Shown: piece by piece, positions 1 to 9,123 of the stretch
Layout of the letters: the number at the start of each line of letters is the position of its first letter
Numbering within the stretch: the stretch's first letter is position 1
Source of the DNA: an uncultured virus (IMG/VR IMGVR_UViG_3300025126_000012)
Taxonomy: Duplodnaviria; Heunggongvirae; Uroviricota; Caudoviricetes
Length of the DNA: 64,000 nucleotides
Strand: one strand, 5' to 3'
Virus record (IMG/VR): IMGVR_UViG_3300025126_000012
Translations under genes and position numbers: made by a program
The notes under the pieces: generated by a model
The model's database searches: none
The model's input: the letters and a program-made list of their open reading frames with translations, nothing else
What the model was told of the DNA's origin: nothing

Positions 1-15
1 CAAAATATTAAAAAA

Positions 16-1203
16 ATGAGAGATGTCACTACAAAGACTAATTCTCAAAATGCTATCATAGTAGATAAGGTGGAAGAATATTATCTATACAACGAAAATG
101 GATTCGGTGTTGGGAAGAATACACAAGGAACAGGTTCAAATACAATAAGCAATTTACAAATTAGTCCTGATGCAATAATATATATTACAAGTGGTCTAAT
201 TGACCAAAATACCGGCATGATTCTTGGGCATCTCAATAAGGCAATCAGGCCAATCAATCAACTTAGAATGTTGGAAGATGCAACTGTTGTTTATTTTATA
301 GCTCGTGCACCAGAACGTAGAGTATTCTATGTCGATGTCGGTAATCTACCAAAACATAAAGCAGAACAATATTTGAAAGATATTGCTAATCGTTATCGCA
401 ATAAAATGGTATATGATGCTAAGACAGGTGACATAAAAAACGACAAGAAATATATGTCAATGTTAGAAGATTTTTGGATGCCACGCAGGGACGGTGGTAA
501 AGGAACAGAAATTACTACACTCCAAGGTGCTCAGAATGTTACTGGTTATCTTGATTCGCTCGAGTGGTTTAAAGAAAAGATGTATGAAGCACTGAATATA
601 CCCAAGAGCAGATTAAAAGAAGATACTGGGTTTAGTATAGGGCAATCTCAGTCCATATCAAGGGATGAAGTAAAGTTTCAAAAATTTATTGATAGGCTTC
701 GTAATAGATTCGGTCAATTATTGTTAGATTCTCTAAAGACACAGCTGACTCTTACACAGGTGTGCAATATTGAAGAATGGGAGGATTTAAAGCAATATAT
801 CAAACTTGATTTTCAAAAGGATAATTTCTTTACTGAATTAAAAAATCAAGAAGTGATGACAAGTCGTTTTGCCATGGTACAACAACTTGATGATTATTTA
901 CAAAAATATGTATCAAAAGAATGGATTCAACGGAATGTCCTTATGATGGCTGAGGATGAAATTAAAACAGAATCTATCAGAATGAAAAAAGAAAAATCTG
1001 ATATAAGCGCACAACCTAATTGGAAGATTCAAGGGCAATTTCAGCAAGACCAACAAGCTGAAATGATGCAACAACAAGCTGCTCAACAACCAGATGCTGA
1101 TGCTGGTGCTGAAGATGCAAATGCTCCTGCACAGGATACAGGTCAATCACAACAAGGTGAACAATATCCAGAGTATGACCCACAGAATTACCGGAAGCAA
1201 TAA
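16..1203 (+). CDS. gp20: Portal vertex protein, 5'-truncated by the window edge
   Basis: T4 gp20 motifs NQLRMLED, RAPERRVFYVDVGNLP, EDFWMPRRDGGKGTEITTL; first gene of the head cluster. Confidence 0.95.
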   Translation: MRDVTTKTNSQNAIIVDKVEEYYLYNENGFGVGKNTQGTGSNTISNLQISPDAIIYITSGLIDQNTGMILGHLNKAIRPINQLRMLEDATVVYFIARAPERRVFYVDVGNLPKHKAEQYLKDIANRYRNKMVYDAKTGDIKNDKKYMSMLEDFWMPRRDGGKGTEITTLQGAQNVTGYLDSLEWFKEKMYEALNIPKSRLKEDTGFSIGQSQSISRDEVKFQKFIDRLRNRFGQLLLDSLKTQLTLTQVCNIEEWEDLKQYIKLDFQKDNFFTELKNQEVMTSRFAMVQQLDDYLQKYVSKEWIQRNVLMMAEDEIKTESIRMKKEKSDISAQPNWKIQGQFQQDQQAEMMQQQAAQQPDADAGAEDANAPAQDTGQSQQGEQYPEYDPQNYRKQ

Positions 1204-1234
1204 ATAATTATCATGATTTCAAAGGAGCAATAAA

Positions 1235-1789
1235 ATGTCAGTAGAACAATTAATTTCACAAATTTCTGAAGGTTCAGAAGATGCTAAGGTTACTTTAGAA
1301 TCTATTCTAATGTCAAAAATAGCATATAAATTAGATGAATTAAAAATGAATGTGATGAGTGAAGCATTCCCATCCTCATCAAAAGATGATGACGAGGATG
1401 ATGATGATGCCGACGATTCTGATGACGAAAAAGACAAGTCGATTATAGGTTCTGGTAAAAAAGACGAAGTAGAAATAAAAGAAAGTGTAACATCACCACA
1501 TAATTTAAATAATTATGATGTAATGAATAGATTGCATGCAGCAGGACATCCTATAAAGATAGATGCTGAAGATGATAATTCTAGGAATATGAGGGTGCAC
1601 TGGAAAAATTATGCAAAAGAATTCGGTTTAAAAACTCGAGAACAAGTTGCTGCTCATGTTGACCAAGCAGATAACAATTCTGACCCTTACGATGGCGGGA
1701 TGGGGGGTGAAGATAAAAATGGAAAAGCAACAGGGAATCACAACGAAATTGAACGCATTCATATTCAACATTTAGGTGGGCACGAATAA
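1235..1789 (+). CDS. Prohead core protein gp67-like with an extra C-terminal domain
   Basis: Position between gp20 and gp21; helical N-terminus followed by a D/E-rich tract as in gp67. Confidence 0.6.
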   Translation: MSVEQLISQISEGSEDAKVTLESILMSKIAYKLDELKMNVMSEAFPSSSKDDDEDDDDADDSDDEKDKSIIGSGKKDEVEIKESVTSPHNLNNYDVMNRLHAAGHPIKIDAEDDNSRNMRVHWKNYAKEFGLKTREQVAAHVDQADNNSDPYDGGMGGEDKNGKATGNHNEIERIHIQHLGGHE

Positions 1790-1798
1790 GGAATAAAC

Positions 1799-2434
1799 AT
1801 GAAGTTAATAACTGAAACCTACTTAGAGGGTATCGAATCTTTAGTAGAAAATACGTCTACTGGAAAAACATATAAGATTGAAGGCCCCTTTGCTACTTAT
1901 AATAAAGTAAATGCAAATAAGAGGATGTATACTGAATCTGTTATGACTCCAGCAATGAAAAAATACATTACAGAAAAAGTTTCAAATGGTAGAGGCTTTG
2001 GCGAGTTAAATCATCCTCAATCGCCTCAAATTAATTTCGAGAGAGTTGTAATGGTAATCGAATCTTTGAAAGATAATTCTAATGGACATTGGATTGGTAA
2101 AGGCAAAATCATTAATGAAGGTATGGGAAAGATTGTAACTGCTATCATGGAAGCCGGGGGTAAAGTAGGTGTTTCTACTAGAGCGCTTGGCACAGTTCGG
2201 ATGCAAGAAGGTATAACATATGTCAATAACGATTTGATTTTCTCTGCTATTGATGTGGTGAGCGAGCCCTCGGGACCGGGATGTTTTGTCAATGGTATCA
2301 TGGAATCTGTTACTTATGACATGGTAGAAGACGGTACTATAATTGAATTAGTAGTAGATTCTGTTAAGAACAAAATAACAGAAGAGAAAGCACTCAAAGC
2401 ATGGGGAGACCTAATGCTTAAATTTGGAAAATAA
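1799..2434 (+). CDS. gp21: Prohead protease
   Basis: MKLITE start, N-x-N-x-R-x-Y, GELNHP, GVSTRALG motifs. Confidence 0.95.
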   Translation: MKLITETYLEGIESLVENTSTGKTYKIEGPFATYNKVNANKRMYTESVMTPAMKKYITEKVSNGRGFGELNHPQSPQINFERVVMVIESLKDNSNGHWIGKGKIINEGMGKIVTAIMEAGGKVGVSTRALGTVRMQEGITYVNNDLIFSAIDVVSEPSGPGCFVNGIMESVTYDMVEDGTIIELVVDSVKNKITEEKALKAWGDLMLKFGK

Positions 2435-2737
2435 TTATAGATGAGTTTCGTGAGAATAGCGACTGAAAAAAGCGATTTCAATAAATAAGTATGATATATG
2501 AATTCAAATCGCTCAATCGGTATTGACCTTGATGGTTTAGAGAAAACCAATCTAAACTAAAAAGAGCACAGCAACATTAACATCGGCCGAATTGGTCGAT
2601 TACAAACGCAGAGAAGCAGTTAGTCCCGATTATGGTGTTCTGCACCAAAATTTGGCATCTTTGATGAAGCGTTTAGCAAAAGTAAACTTTTGTAAAGTTT
2701 ACGGTTATGCATAATTATGATAATAAGGGAGTATTAA

Positions 2738-3742
2738 ATGCAACTCGACGATAAAATTAAGGCAATCTTAGCAGAAGGGTCTTCCGTACCTGGAACTGAT
2801 GCTACTCTTGGCACTAAACAATCTGAAACACTTAAATCAGCAGACTCAGAAGAAGGAGATTGTGGCAAGACTGCTAAAATTACTGCTAAATACAAATCAA
2901 CTAAAGGAGAAAAGTTAGTTGATGATGGTAAAAAAGGAGAGACAGATTCTAAAGCTAAAGAAGAAACTGCAAAAATTAAAGAAAAATATGTTTCTGGTTC
3001 ACAAGATAAACTAAAAGAAGAAGCATTTGATGCTTTATTTTCGGGTGAATCCTTAACAGAAGAATTCCAATTGAAAGCAAAAGCAATTTTTGAAGCAGCA
3101 GTTGAACAGGTATCAGAATCAAAAATTGAAGAATTACAAGAAGAATACCAGTTTAAACTGGACGAAGCAGTAGAAGAAGTAAAGGGAGAGCTAGTCGAAC
3201 AAATTGATGGATACCTCGATTATGTTATCGAGCAGTGGTTGCAAGACAATGCAGTAGCCCTTGAGAGCGGTATAAAAGTAGAAATGATGTCTAGCTTTAT
3301 GGAAAATCTCAAAAATGTGTTTGAACAACATTATATAGATGTACCAGAAAGCAAGGTTGATATTGTTGAAAATCAAGTTTCTCAAATTGAAGAACTTGAA
3401 GACCAACTCAAAGAAGCACAAGAAGCAGTTACACAAGCTACCGTTGAAGTTCAAATTATGAAAGCAGAAGCAATCATTGCTGAAGCTCAATCTGATTTGA
3501 CTGCAATTGAAGCAGAAAAACTATATTCTCTCGCTGAAAATATTAACTTTGAGACAGAAGAAGAGTTCAAATCTAAAGTTGCGGTGCTTAAAGAATCTTT
3601 TTTCCGCAAGCAATCAACACCGATGGATACTAGAATATCTCAAGATGGAGCAGACACTATCACTGAATCTAAACATTCAGATGTTGAAGCTGTATTAAAG
3701 GCCTTGCGCCAAGATTCAAAATTAATTCGTAGTTCTAACTAA
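2738..3742 (+). CDS. gp22: Prohead core scaffold protein
   Basis: Acidic coiled coil, KAKAIFEAAV, DGYLDYV..W, synteny before gp23. Confidence 0.9.
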   Translation: MQLDDKIKAILAEGSSVPGTDATLGTKQSETLKSADSEEGDCGKTAKITAKYKSTKGEKLVDDGKKGETDSKAKEETAKIKEKYVSGSQDKLKEEAFDALFSGESLTEEFQLKAKAIFEAAVEQVSESKIEELQEEYQFKLDEAVEEVKGELVEQIDGYLDYVIEQWLQDNAVALESGIKVEMMSSFMENLKNVFEQHYIDVPESKVDIVENQVSQIEELEDQLKEAQEAVTQATVEVQIMKAEAIIAEAQSDLTAIEAEKLYSLAENINFETEEEFKSKVAVLKESFFRKQSTPMDTRISQDGADTITESKHSDVEAVLKALRQDSKLIRSSN

Positions 3743-3753
3743 AAGGGAAAAAT

Positions 3754-5070
3754 ATGTCATATCTAAATGAAGCAATGAAAAAATGGGCTCCTGTTCTCGA
3801 TGATGAACAGACAGTAGCCGAACACGGTGCTCTTACAGGTGACCGTAGACGTGTAACAGCGATTGTTATGGAAAACACAATCCGTGAGCAACAAAAATCT
3901 GCTCAGGCCTTGCAAGAAGCAATTCCATCGTCTAACACATCCAATACAGCTAATTATGACCCGGTCATCGTTGGTCTACTTCGCCGTGCGATGCCTAAGC
4001 TAATTGCGTATGACTTCGCTGGTGTTCAACCAATGACCATGCCTACCGGCTTGATTTTTGCTGCTCGCAATCGTTATACAAGCAAGACTGGTGCAGAAGC
4101 CCTGTTCAATGAAGCAGATGCTAGCTTCTCTGCTGGTGGTGTTACAACTGCTGCTGCTGGTACAAACCCAGTAGATGCAGTGGATGGCCTATCTCCATGG
4201 GATGCAACACCTGGTTTTACTACTCCAGCCGGGTTGACAACTGCACAAGGTGAGGATTTCGGTGGAGCTACAACTCTTAACGAAATGACTTTCACAATCG
4301 AGAAACACACGGTTACTGCGGTCGAACGTGGATTGCAAGCTGGATATACTGTTGAATTAGCACAAGACCTAAAAGCAGTTCATGGTCTGGATGCTGAAAC
4401 AGAACTATCTAACCTCCTAAGCAATCAAATCATTGCTGAAATGAACCGTGAAATTGTTCGTACCCTTTATAAGGTATCTACAACTGGTGCAGAATTAACT
4501 GCAACACCTGGTACATTTGACCTTGATGTTGATGCAAATGGTCGGTGGTCTGTTGAACGCTTCAAGGGTTTGATGTTCCAAATTGAACGTGAAGCTAATC
4601 GCATCGCTCAAACAACTCGTTTGGGTCGTGGTAATGTATTGTTGGTGTCTGCTGATGTGGCTTCGGCATTGGCAATGACTGGCAAGTTGGACATCGGTGG
4701 CATTAAATCTGGCGAAACATTGACTGTTGATGATACTGGTGCAACATTTGTTGGTACATTGAACAATAAGTATAAAGTGTTTATTGACCCATATATGGCA
4801 AACGGTGATGCAAATCAATTTGTGGTTGTTGGTTACAAGGGTGATGGTCTAGGTAAGGCTGGCATGTTCTATTGCCCGTACGTTCCATTGACTAAACATA
4901 ATGCGATTGACCCAAATACCTTTCAACCAAAAATTGCATTTAAGACACGCTATGCACTTGCTGGTAATCCAATGAACGGTAATAACGCTGCTGATGCAGG
5001 TCCTGCATTTACATTGGCTGCGAAATCGAATGCATTTTTTCGAATTCTACGCGTAGCTAATATAGCGTAA
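3754..5070 (+). CDS. gp23: Major capsid protein
   Basis: GVQPMTMPTGLIFA, ELAQDLKAVHGLDAETEL, FYCPYVPL, FQPKIAFKTRY. Confidence 0.98.
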   Translation: MSYLNEAMKKWAPVLDDEQTVAEHGALTGDRRRVTAIVMENTIREQQKSAQALQEAIPSSNTSNTANYDPVIVGLLRRAMPKLIAYDFAGVQPMTMPTGLIFAARNRYTSKTGAEALFNEADASFSAGGVTTAAAGTNPVDAVDGLSPWDATPGFTTPAGLTTAQGEDFGGATTLNEMTFTIEKHTVTAVERGLQAGYTVELAQDLKAVHGLDAETELSNLLSNQIIAEMNREIVRTLYKVSTTGAELTATPGTFDLDVDANGRWSVERFKGLMFQIEREANRIAQTTRLGRGNVLLVSADVASALAMTGKLDIGGIKSGETLTVDDTGATFVGTLNNKYKVFIDPYMANGDANQFVVVGYKGDGLGKAGMFYCPYVPLTKHNAIDPNTFQPKIAFKTRYALAGNPMNGNNAADAGPAFTLAAKSNAFFRILRVANIA

Positions 5071-5094
5071 GCAATTAGGGGGTATCAAATAGAG

Positions 5095-5118
5095 AACCTC
5101 GCTTCGGCGAGGTTTTTT
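5095..5118 (+). terminator. Rho-independent terminator after gp23 (second copy at 6249-6272)
   Basis: AACCTCGC-TTCG-GCGAGGTT hairpin followed by a T run. Confidence 0.9.
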
Positions 5119-5198
5119 GTGTCTATTTAAAGAGCGATGTTTATTACTCAGAAATACAGTTCACATAAATACAAATATCATAATATTATCATATTAAA

Positions 5199-6224
5199 AT
5201 GTCATCTATATTCATTAATAACAAATATACAAAAATTTACATAAATTTAATTGAAAAAGCAAAATTAAAAGAGAAATCAGAATATTCTGAAATTCATCAC
5301 ATAATACCTAGTTCTATTGGGGGAACAGATGATATAGAAAATTTAATATCACTATCACTCAGAGAACATTATATTGTACATTTATTGTTAGTAAAAATGT
5401 TAAAAAGCACTAAACATAAAATGAAAATGGTATATGCATTAGGAATGCTTTCTAATAGATGTACACATTTTAATAGTAGATTATATGAACAATTGAAGAT
5501 AAAACACATTCAACGAGGAATCACTAAGACATATTATAACAAGGTAACTGATAAAATAATAATGATATATGATGACGATTATATTCCTGATGGTTTCATT
5601 CGAGGCACTAGACCTTTTAGTGAGGAACACAAAAATAAAATGATGAAACCAAAAACAAAAGAACATGCTGAAAATATAGGAAAATCATCAAAAGGGAAAC
5701 ATCATTTTCTCAATAAAGAAACTGGGGAAGCTAGATTTCTTTATGAAAAACCAAATACAGGAAAGTGGATTAGAGAATGTGTAAATAAAGGCAAAAAGAA
5801 AATACCTACTATTTTCTATCATAATCCTGATAAAACAGAACATAAGAGATTTAAGATTACTGATATTATACCAAAAGGTTGGATTAAAGGCAGAATTACT
5901 TCTCCAAAACAGCTCGCCGCAGCCCATAAGAATCTGTTATTATCAATAGAAGCGAGTTCTATTAAAAATAAAAACACAATACATTGTTATGACCCAATAA
6001 CATTAAAAGAAAGGAAACTCAAATGCATTGATGATATACCAAAGGGCTGGGTTAAAGGTCGCTCTCCTAAAAATATAAGAACTGGATGGAGTCAAACTGA
6101 AAATCAAAAACAAAAAGCTAGGGAAATAGGTTTAAATAACAAAGGAAAAGCACCTGGGAATAAAGGTAAAAAAATGATAATAGATGAAAATGGAAAAAGA
6201 AGATACGTAGCTAATATAGCGTAA
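5199..6224 (+). CDS. Free-standing HNH homing endonuclease with repeated DNA-binding motifs
   Basis: EIHHIIP..GG.D..NL..L..REH..H core; repeated IP.GW.KGR motifs; NUMOD3-like SEEHK.KM. Confidence 0.85.
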   Translation: MSSIFINNKYTKIYINLIEKAKLKEKSEYSEIHHIIPSSIGGTDDIENLISLSLREHYIVHLLLVKMLKSTKHKMKMVYALGMLSNRCTHFNSRLYEQLKIKHIQRGITKTYYNKVTDKIIMIYDDDYIPDGFIRGTRPFSEEHKNKMMKPKTKEHAENIGKSSKGKHHFLNKETGEARFLYEKPNTGKWIRECVNKGKKKIPTIFYHNPDKTEHKRFKITDIIPKGWIKGRITSPKQLAAAHKNLLLSIEASSIKNKNTIHCYDPITLKERKLKCIDDIPKGWVKGRSPKNIRTGWSQTENQKQKAREIGLNNKGKAPGNKGKKMIIDENGKRRYVANIA

Positions 6225-6313
6225 GCAATTAGGGTGTTTCAAATAGAGAACCTCGCTTCGGCGAGGTTTTTTGTGTCTAATAAATATGTACATAACAACC
6301 CAAGGTTAGATAC

Positions 6314-7822
6314 ATGTACAATCGAGATTTGAAACTCGCCATAGGCGACATCAACGACAAGAAAAATATGATTTCTATAAGTCTCACAAAATCAATTAGA
6401 CAAGAAATTGAAGCCGCCACGCGCTGGTTGGATACATTATACCCAAAGGTGCCTTTGAAAATTAGATGTTTAATAATCTTGAATGATACCGTACAAGAAA
6501 ACATTAAAAGGTGCCCAAACTGCGATAAACCAGCCGGATTCGACAAGACTAATGGATTCAACAAATTTTGTTCAGACGCATGTTCAAAATTGTATGGTAG
6601 ATTGCCTCAAGCAACTAAATCATTATTGAATGATTATCAATGGCTTTACAATAAGCGAATAAATGAAAGAATGTCCTATACTCGCATCGCAGAATTATTG
6701 CATTGTTCTGGTAATCCCATAATACAAGCATGTAAAAGACTGAATATACCAAAAATCAATTTGACGGAAAGTGACTATACCATAAAAGAAAAATTAAACG
6801 ATAAAGACTGGTTGCTGACAAATTACAAAGAAGACCATAAGACGTTGGTGAACATTGCAGAAGAAATTAATTCAAGCAAATCGACACTGTCGTTGGCGAT
6901 TAAAAAACACGGAATTGAAGCAAATCCAACAAACTCGTATAATAGAGGGCATGTAGAGGTGTCAGGTGAATGCATGGAAGTCTATGAGTACATTAAAGAA
7001 ATCTTACCAGAAAACACAGAAATTAAATTGAATGATAGAACTATCTTGAATGGTAGAGAAATTGACATTTTGATACCGGCACTGGCTGTTGGGTTCGAGT
7101 ACAATGGAATTTATCATCACATCCACAAGCACTCAGAAAATACTATCAACAAGACTAAGAGTTACCATCTGGACAAAACAATAGATGCACGTAATGCCGG
7201 GATAAAATTATTCCACATTTTCAGCGATGATTGGATGCTAAATAAAGATGTCGTAAAAGATTTTATCAGTGCGAAATTGGGCAAATTATCCTCGGTAGTT
7301 TTTGCTAGAAAATGTGAAATTGCTATACCATCTCTTACTGAGAAAATTAAATTCATGTCAGAAAACCACCTCCAAGGCAAGGACAAATCTTCCATTGTTA
7401 TAGGATTGAAATTCGGTGATGACTTTGTTTCAATGATGACTTTTTGCAAATCTAGGTACAACAAAAATTATATGTGGGAATTATCCAGATACGCTGTAAA
7501 AAGAAACACTAATGTCGTAGGTGGATTTAGTAGATTACTGACAAATTTTAGACAAAATCACTCCGGTTCAATTATTTCTTACGCAGATAGGTCTTATAGC
7601 AACGGTGATGTTTATTACAAAAACGGATTCAAATTGATTAAAACAAATCCACCGTCTTACAAGTACGTCAATTTAGGAAAAAGTATTAAAAGGATGCACA
7701 GAGCAAATTTCATGAAAAAGAAGTTGGCACCTGGTGATAGTAGACCTGAATGGAAAGTCATGTTTGATGCTGGTTATAAGCAGATTTTTGATTGTGGCAC
7801 ATTATCATTCTGCATCGCATAA
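6314..7822 (+). CDS. Hef-like putative homing endonuclease
   Basis: Zn-finger-like CPNC/FCS..CS, HTH-like segments, EIDI..P..GFEYNG.Y.H nuclease motif, C-terminal ELSRY..GGFSRLL..ISYADR..G..Y..GF. Confidence 0.65.
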   Translation: MYNRDLKLAIGDINDKKNMISISLTKSIRQEIEAATRWLDTLYPKVPLKIRCLIILNDTVQENIKRCPNCDKPAGFDKTNGFNKFCSDACSKLYGRLPQATKSLLNDYQWLYNKRINERMSYTRIAELLHCSGNPIIQACKRLNIPKINLTESDYTIKEKLNDKDWLLTNYKEDHKTLVNIAEEINSSKSTLSLAIKKHGIEANPTNSYNRGHVEVSGECMEVYEYIKEILPENTEIKLNDRTILNGREIDILIPALAVGFEYNGIYHHIHKHSENTINKTKSYHLDKTIDARNAGIKLFHIFSDDWMLNKDVVKDFISAKLGKLSSVVFARKCEIAIPSLTEKIKFMSENHLQGKDKSSIVIGLKFGDDFVSMMTFCKSRYNKNYMWELSRYAVKRNTNVVGGFSRLLTNFRQNHSGSIISYADRSYSNGDVYYKNGFKLIKTNPPSYKYVNLGKSIKRMHRANFMKKKLAPGDSRPEWKVMFDAGYKQIFDCGTLSFCIA

Positions 7823-7853
7823 ATAATCTTACAACATACATCGAAAGAATTAA

Positions 7854-8387
7854 ATGACAATAGTAAATTTAAATGATGTCAATACAATTGGGTCTGCTAC
7901 CATGCAGAATGGTGATTTATTGACATTTGACCCTCTTATCATTAATAAATTTTCACTGATTATACCGAATCAGGAGAATGTTACTTTCTTTTTACAACAA
8001 TTCTCTTTACCTTCAGTTGGCGTTAATGAAGTCGTTGTTAATACTAGATATGTTGATATGAATGAGATAGGAGAGAAATTAAATTTCTTACCGTTCACTG
8101 TCAATTTTCTAGTAGACAAATATTGCAGGAATTGGTCTGCTATATATAATTGGATGAAGCAGATGACTGTAGATGGTACAATTGTTGGCAAGACAGAAGA
8201 TATTATCCTCATGATTGATGGTAAAGAATTCATACGGTTTTATGGTTGTTGGCCAACAAATTTAAGTGGTATGAATATGGATTCTACCATCGAAAGAGTT
8301 CAGTATCTAAAAGCGTCAATAGTATTTAATTATGATTACTTTGATTTACTAGGAAGTTTTACAACAACTGATTCAGCATATCTTTAA
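7854..8387 (+). CDS. Tail completion / sheath stabilizer (gp3-like, tail-tube fold)
   Basis: FFLQ..LPSV, GEKL.F..F.V.FLVD..NW..Y.WM, F.GCWP..LS; position before uvsY. Confidence 0.75.
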   Translation: MTIVNLNDVNTIGSATMQNGDLLTFDPLIINKFSLIIPNQENVTFFLQQFSLPSVGVNEVVVNTRYVDMNEIGEKLNFLPFTVNFLVDKYCRNWSAIYNWMKQMTVDGTIVGKTEDIILMIDGKEFIRFYGCWPTNLSGMNMDSTIERVQYLKASIVFNYDYFDLLGSFTTTDSAYL

Positions 8388-8435
8388 TTAACATCTTTGA
8401 GTATCTTTCATTTATCAGTTTAAACTCTTTGTTTA

Positions 8436-8514
8436 ATTCATTTATCTATTCATTTATCTATTCATTTATCTATTCATTTATCTATTCATTTATCTATTCA
8501 TTTATCTATTCATT
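8436..8514. repeat. Tandem 12-bp repeat ATTCATTTATCT, six copies plus a partial
   Basis: Read directly from the sequence. Confidence 0.95.
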
Positions 8515-8675
8515 AAACCCTTATAAGTATCATTTAATCTTTATTTAATAGTAGAATATCATCGAGGCACAGTCTAATTTTGAACGGTTGTCAAGAATTT
8601 GTCAACTATTTCATATTTTTTGACACATATTTATACTATCTATATAATTAATTTAACTAATTATAAAAGATAATC

Positions 8676-9122
8676 ATGACTACCATATCAACAGAAGAGA
8701 TGTTAAATGAATGGAAGAAAGATGCCATCATTAACGAAGCAGAATTGTCGAAAGAAATCATCCGTGTACCAATGCTTCATTCAAAATATCTTGAATATTA
8801 TATTCATTTCAAACGTCTGCTGTCTAAGGCAGAATCTGCAAAAAACAAGCTTGGGTGGATAAAGAGAAAATATTTTAGAGGTGAAATGGACCAGAGTGAT
8901 TTAAAAAAACATGGTTGGTCTCAGTGGAATGGATTAAAACCATCATCAGTTGAATTAAATCAATTATTAGAATTCGACTCCGATATGAATGATGCGGCGC
9001 GTGTGGTATCAGAATTCAAAACATCAGTATCAGGCTGTGAATATATAATGAATCAGTTGAAGAGTAGAGAGTATTCACTTAAGACTGTATTTGAATATCA
9101 AAAATATTTAAGTGGTAATTGA
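8676..9122 (+). CDS. uvsY: Recombination mediator UvsY
   Basis: W.KD..I....L......P.LHSKYL; upstream of uvsW. Confidence 0.85.
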   Translation: MTTISTEEMLNEWKKDAIINEAELSKEIIRVPMLHSKYLEYYIHFKRLLSKAESAKNKLGWIKRKYFRGEMDQSDLKKHGWSQWNGLKPSSVELNQLLEFDSDMNDAARVVSEFKTSVSGCEYIMNQLKSREYSLKTVFEYQKYLSGN

Positions 9123-9123
9123 C

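Larger units (their letters stand above)
5052..6279 (+). repeat. 74-bp direct repeat (5052-5125 / 6206-6279) flanking the HNH gene
   Basis: Copies differ at 2 positions; each contains the VANIA* codons and the terminator. Confidence 0.92.
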
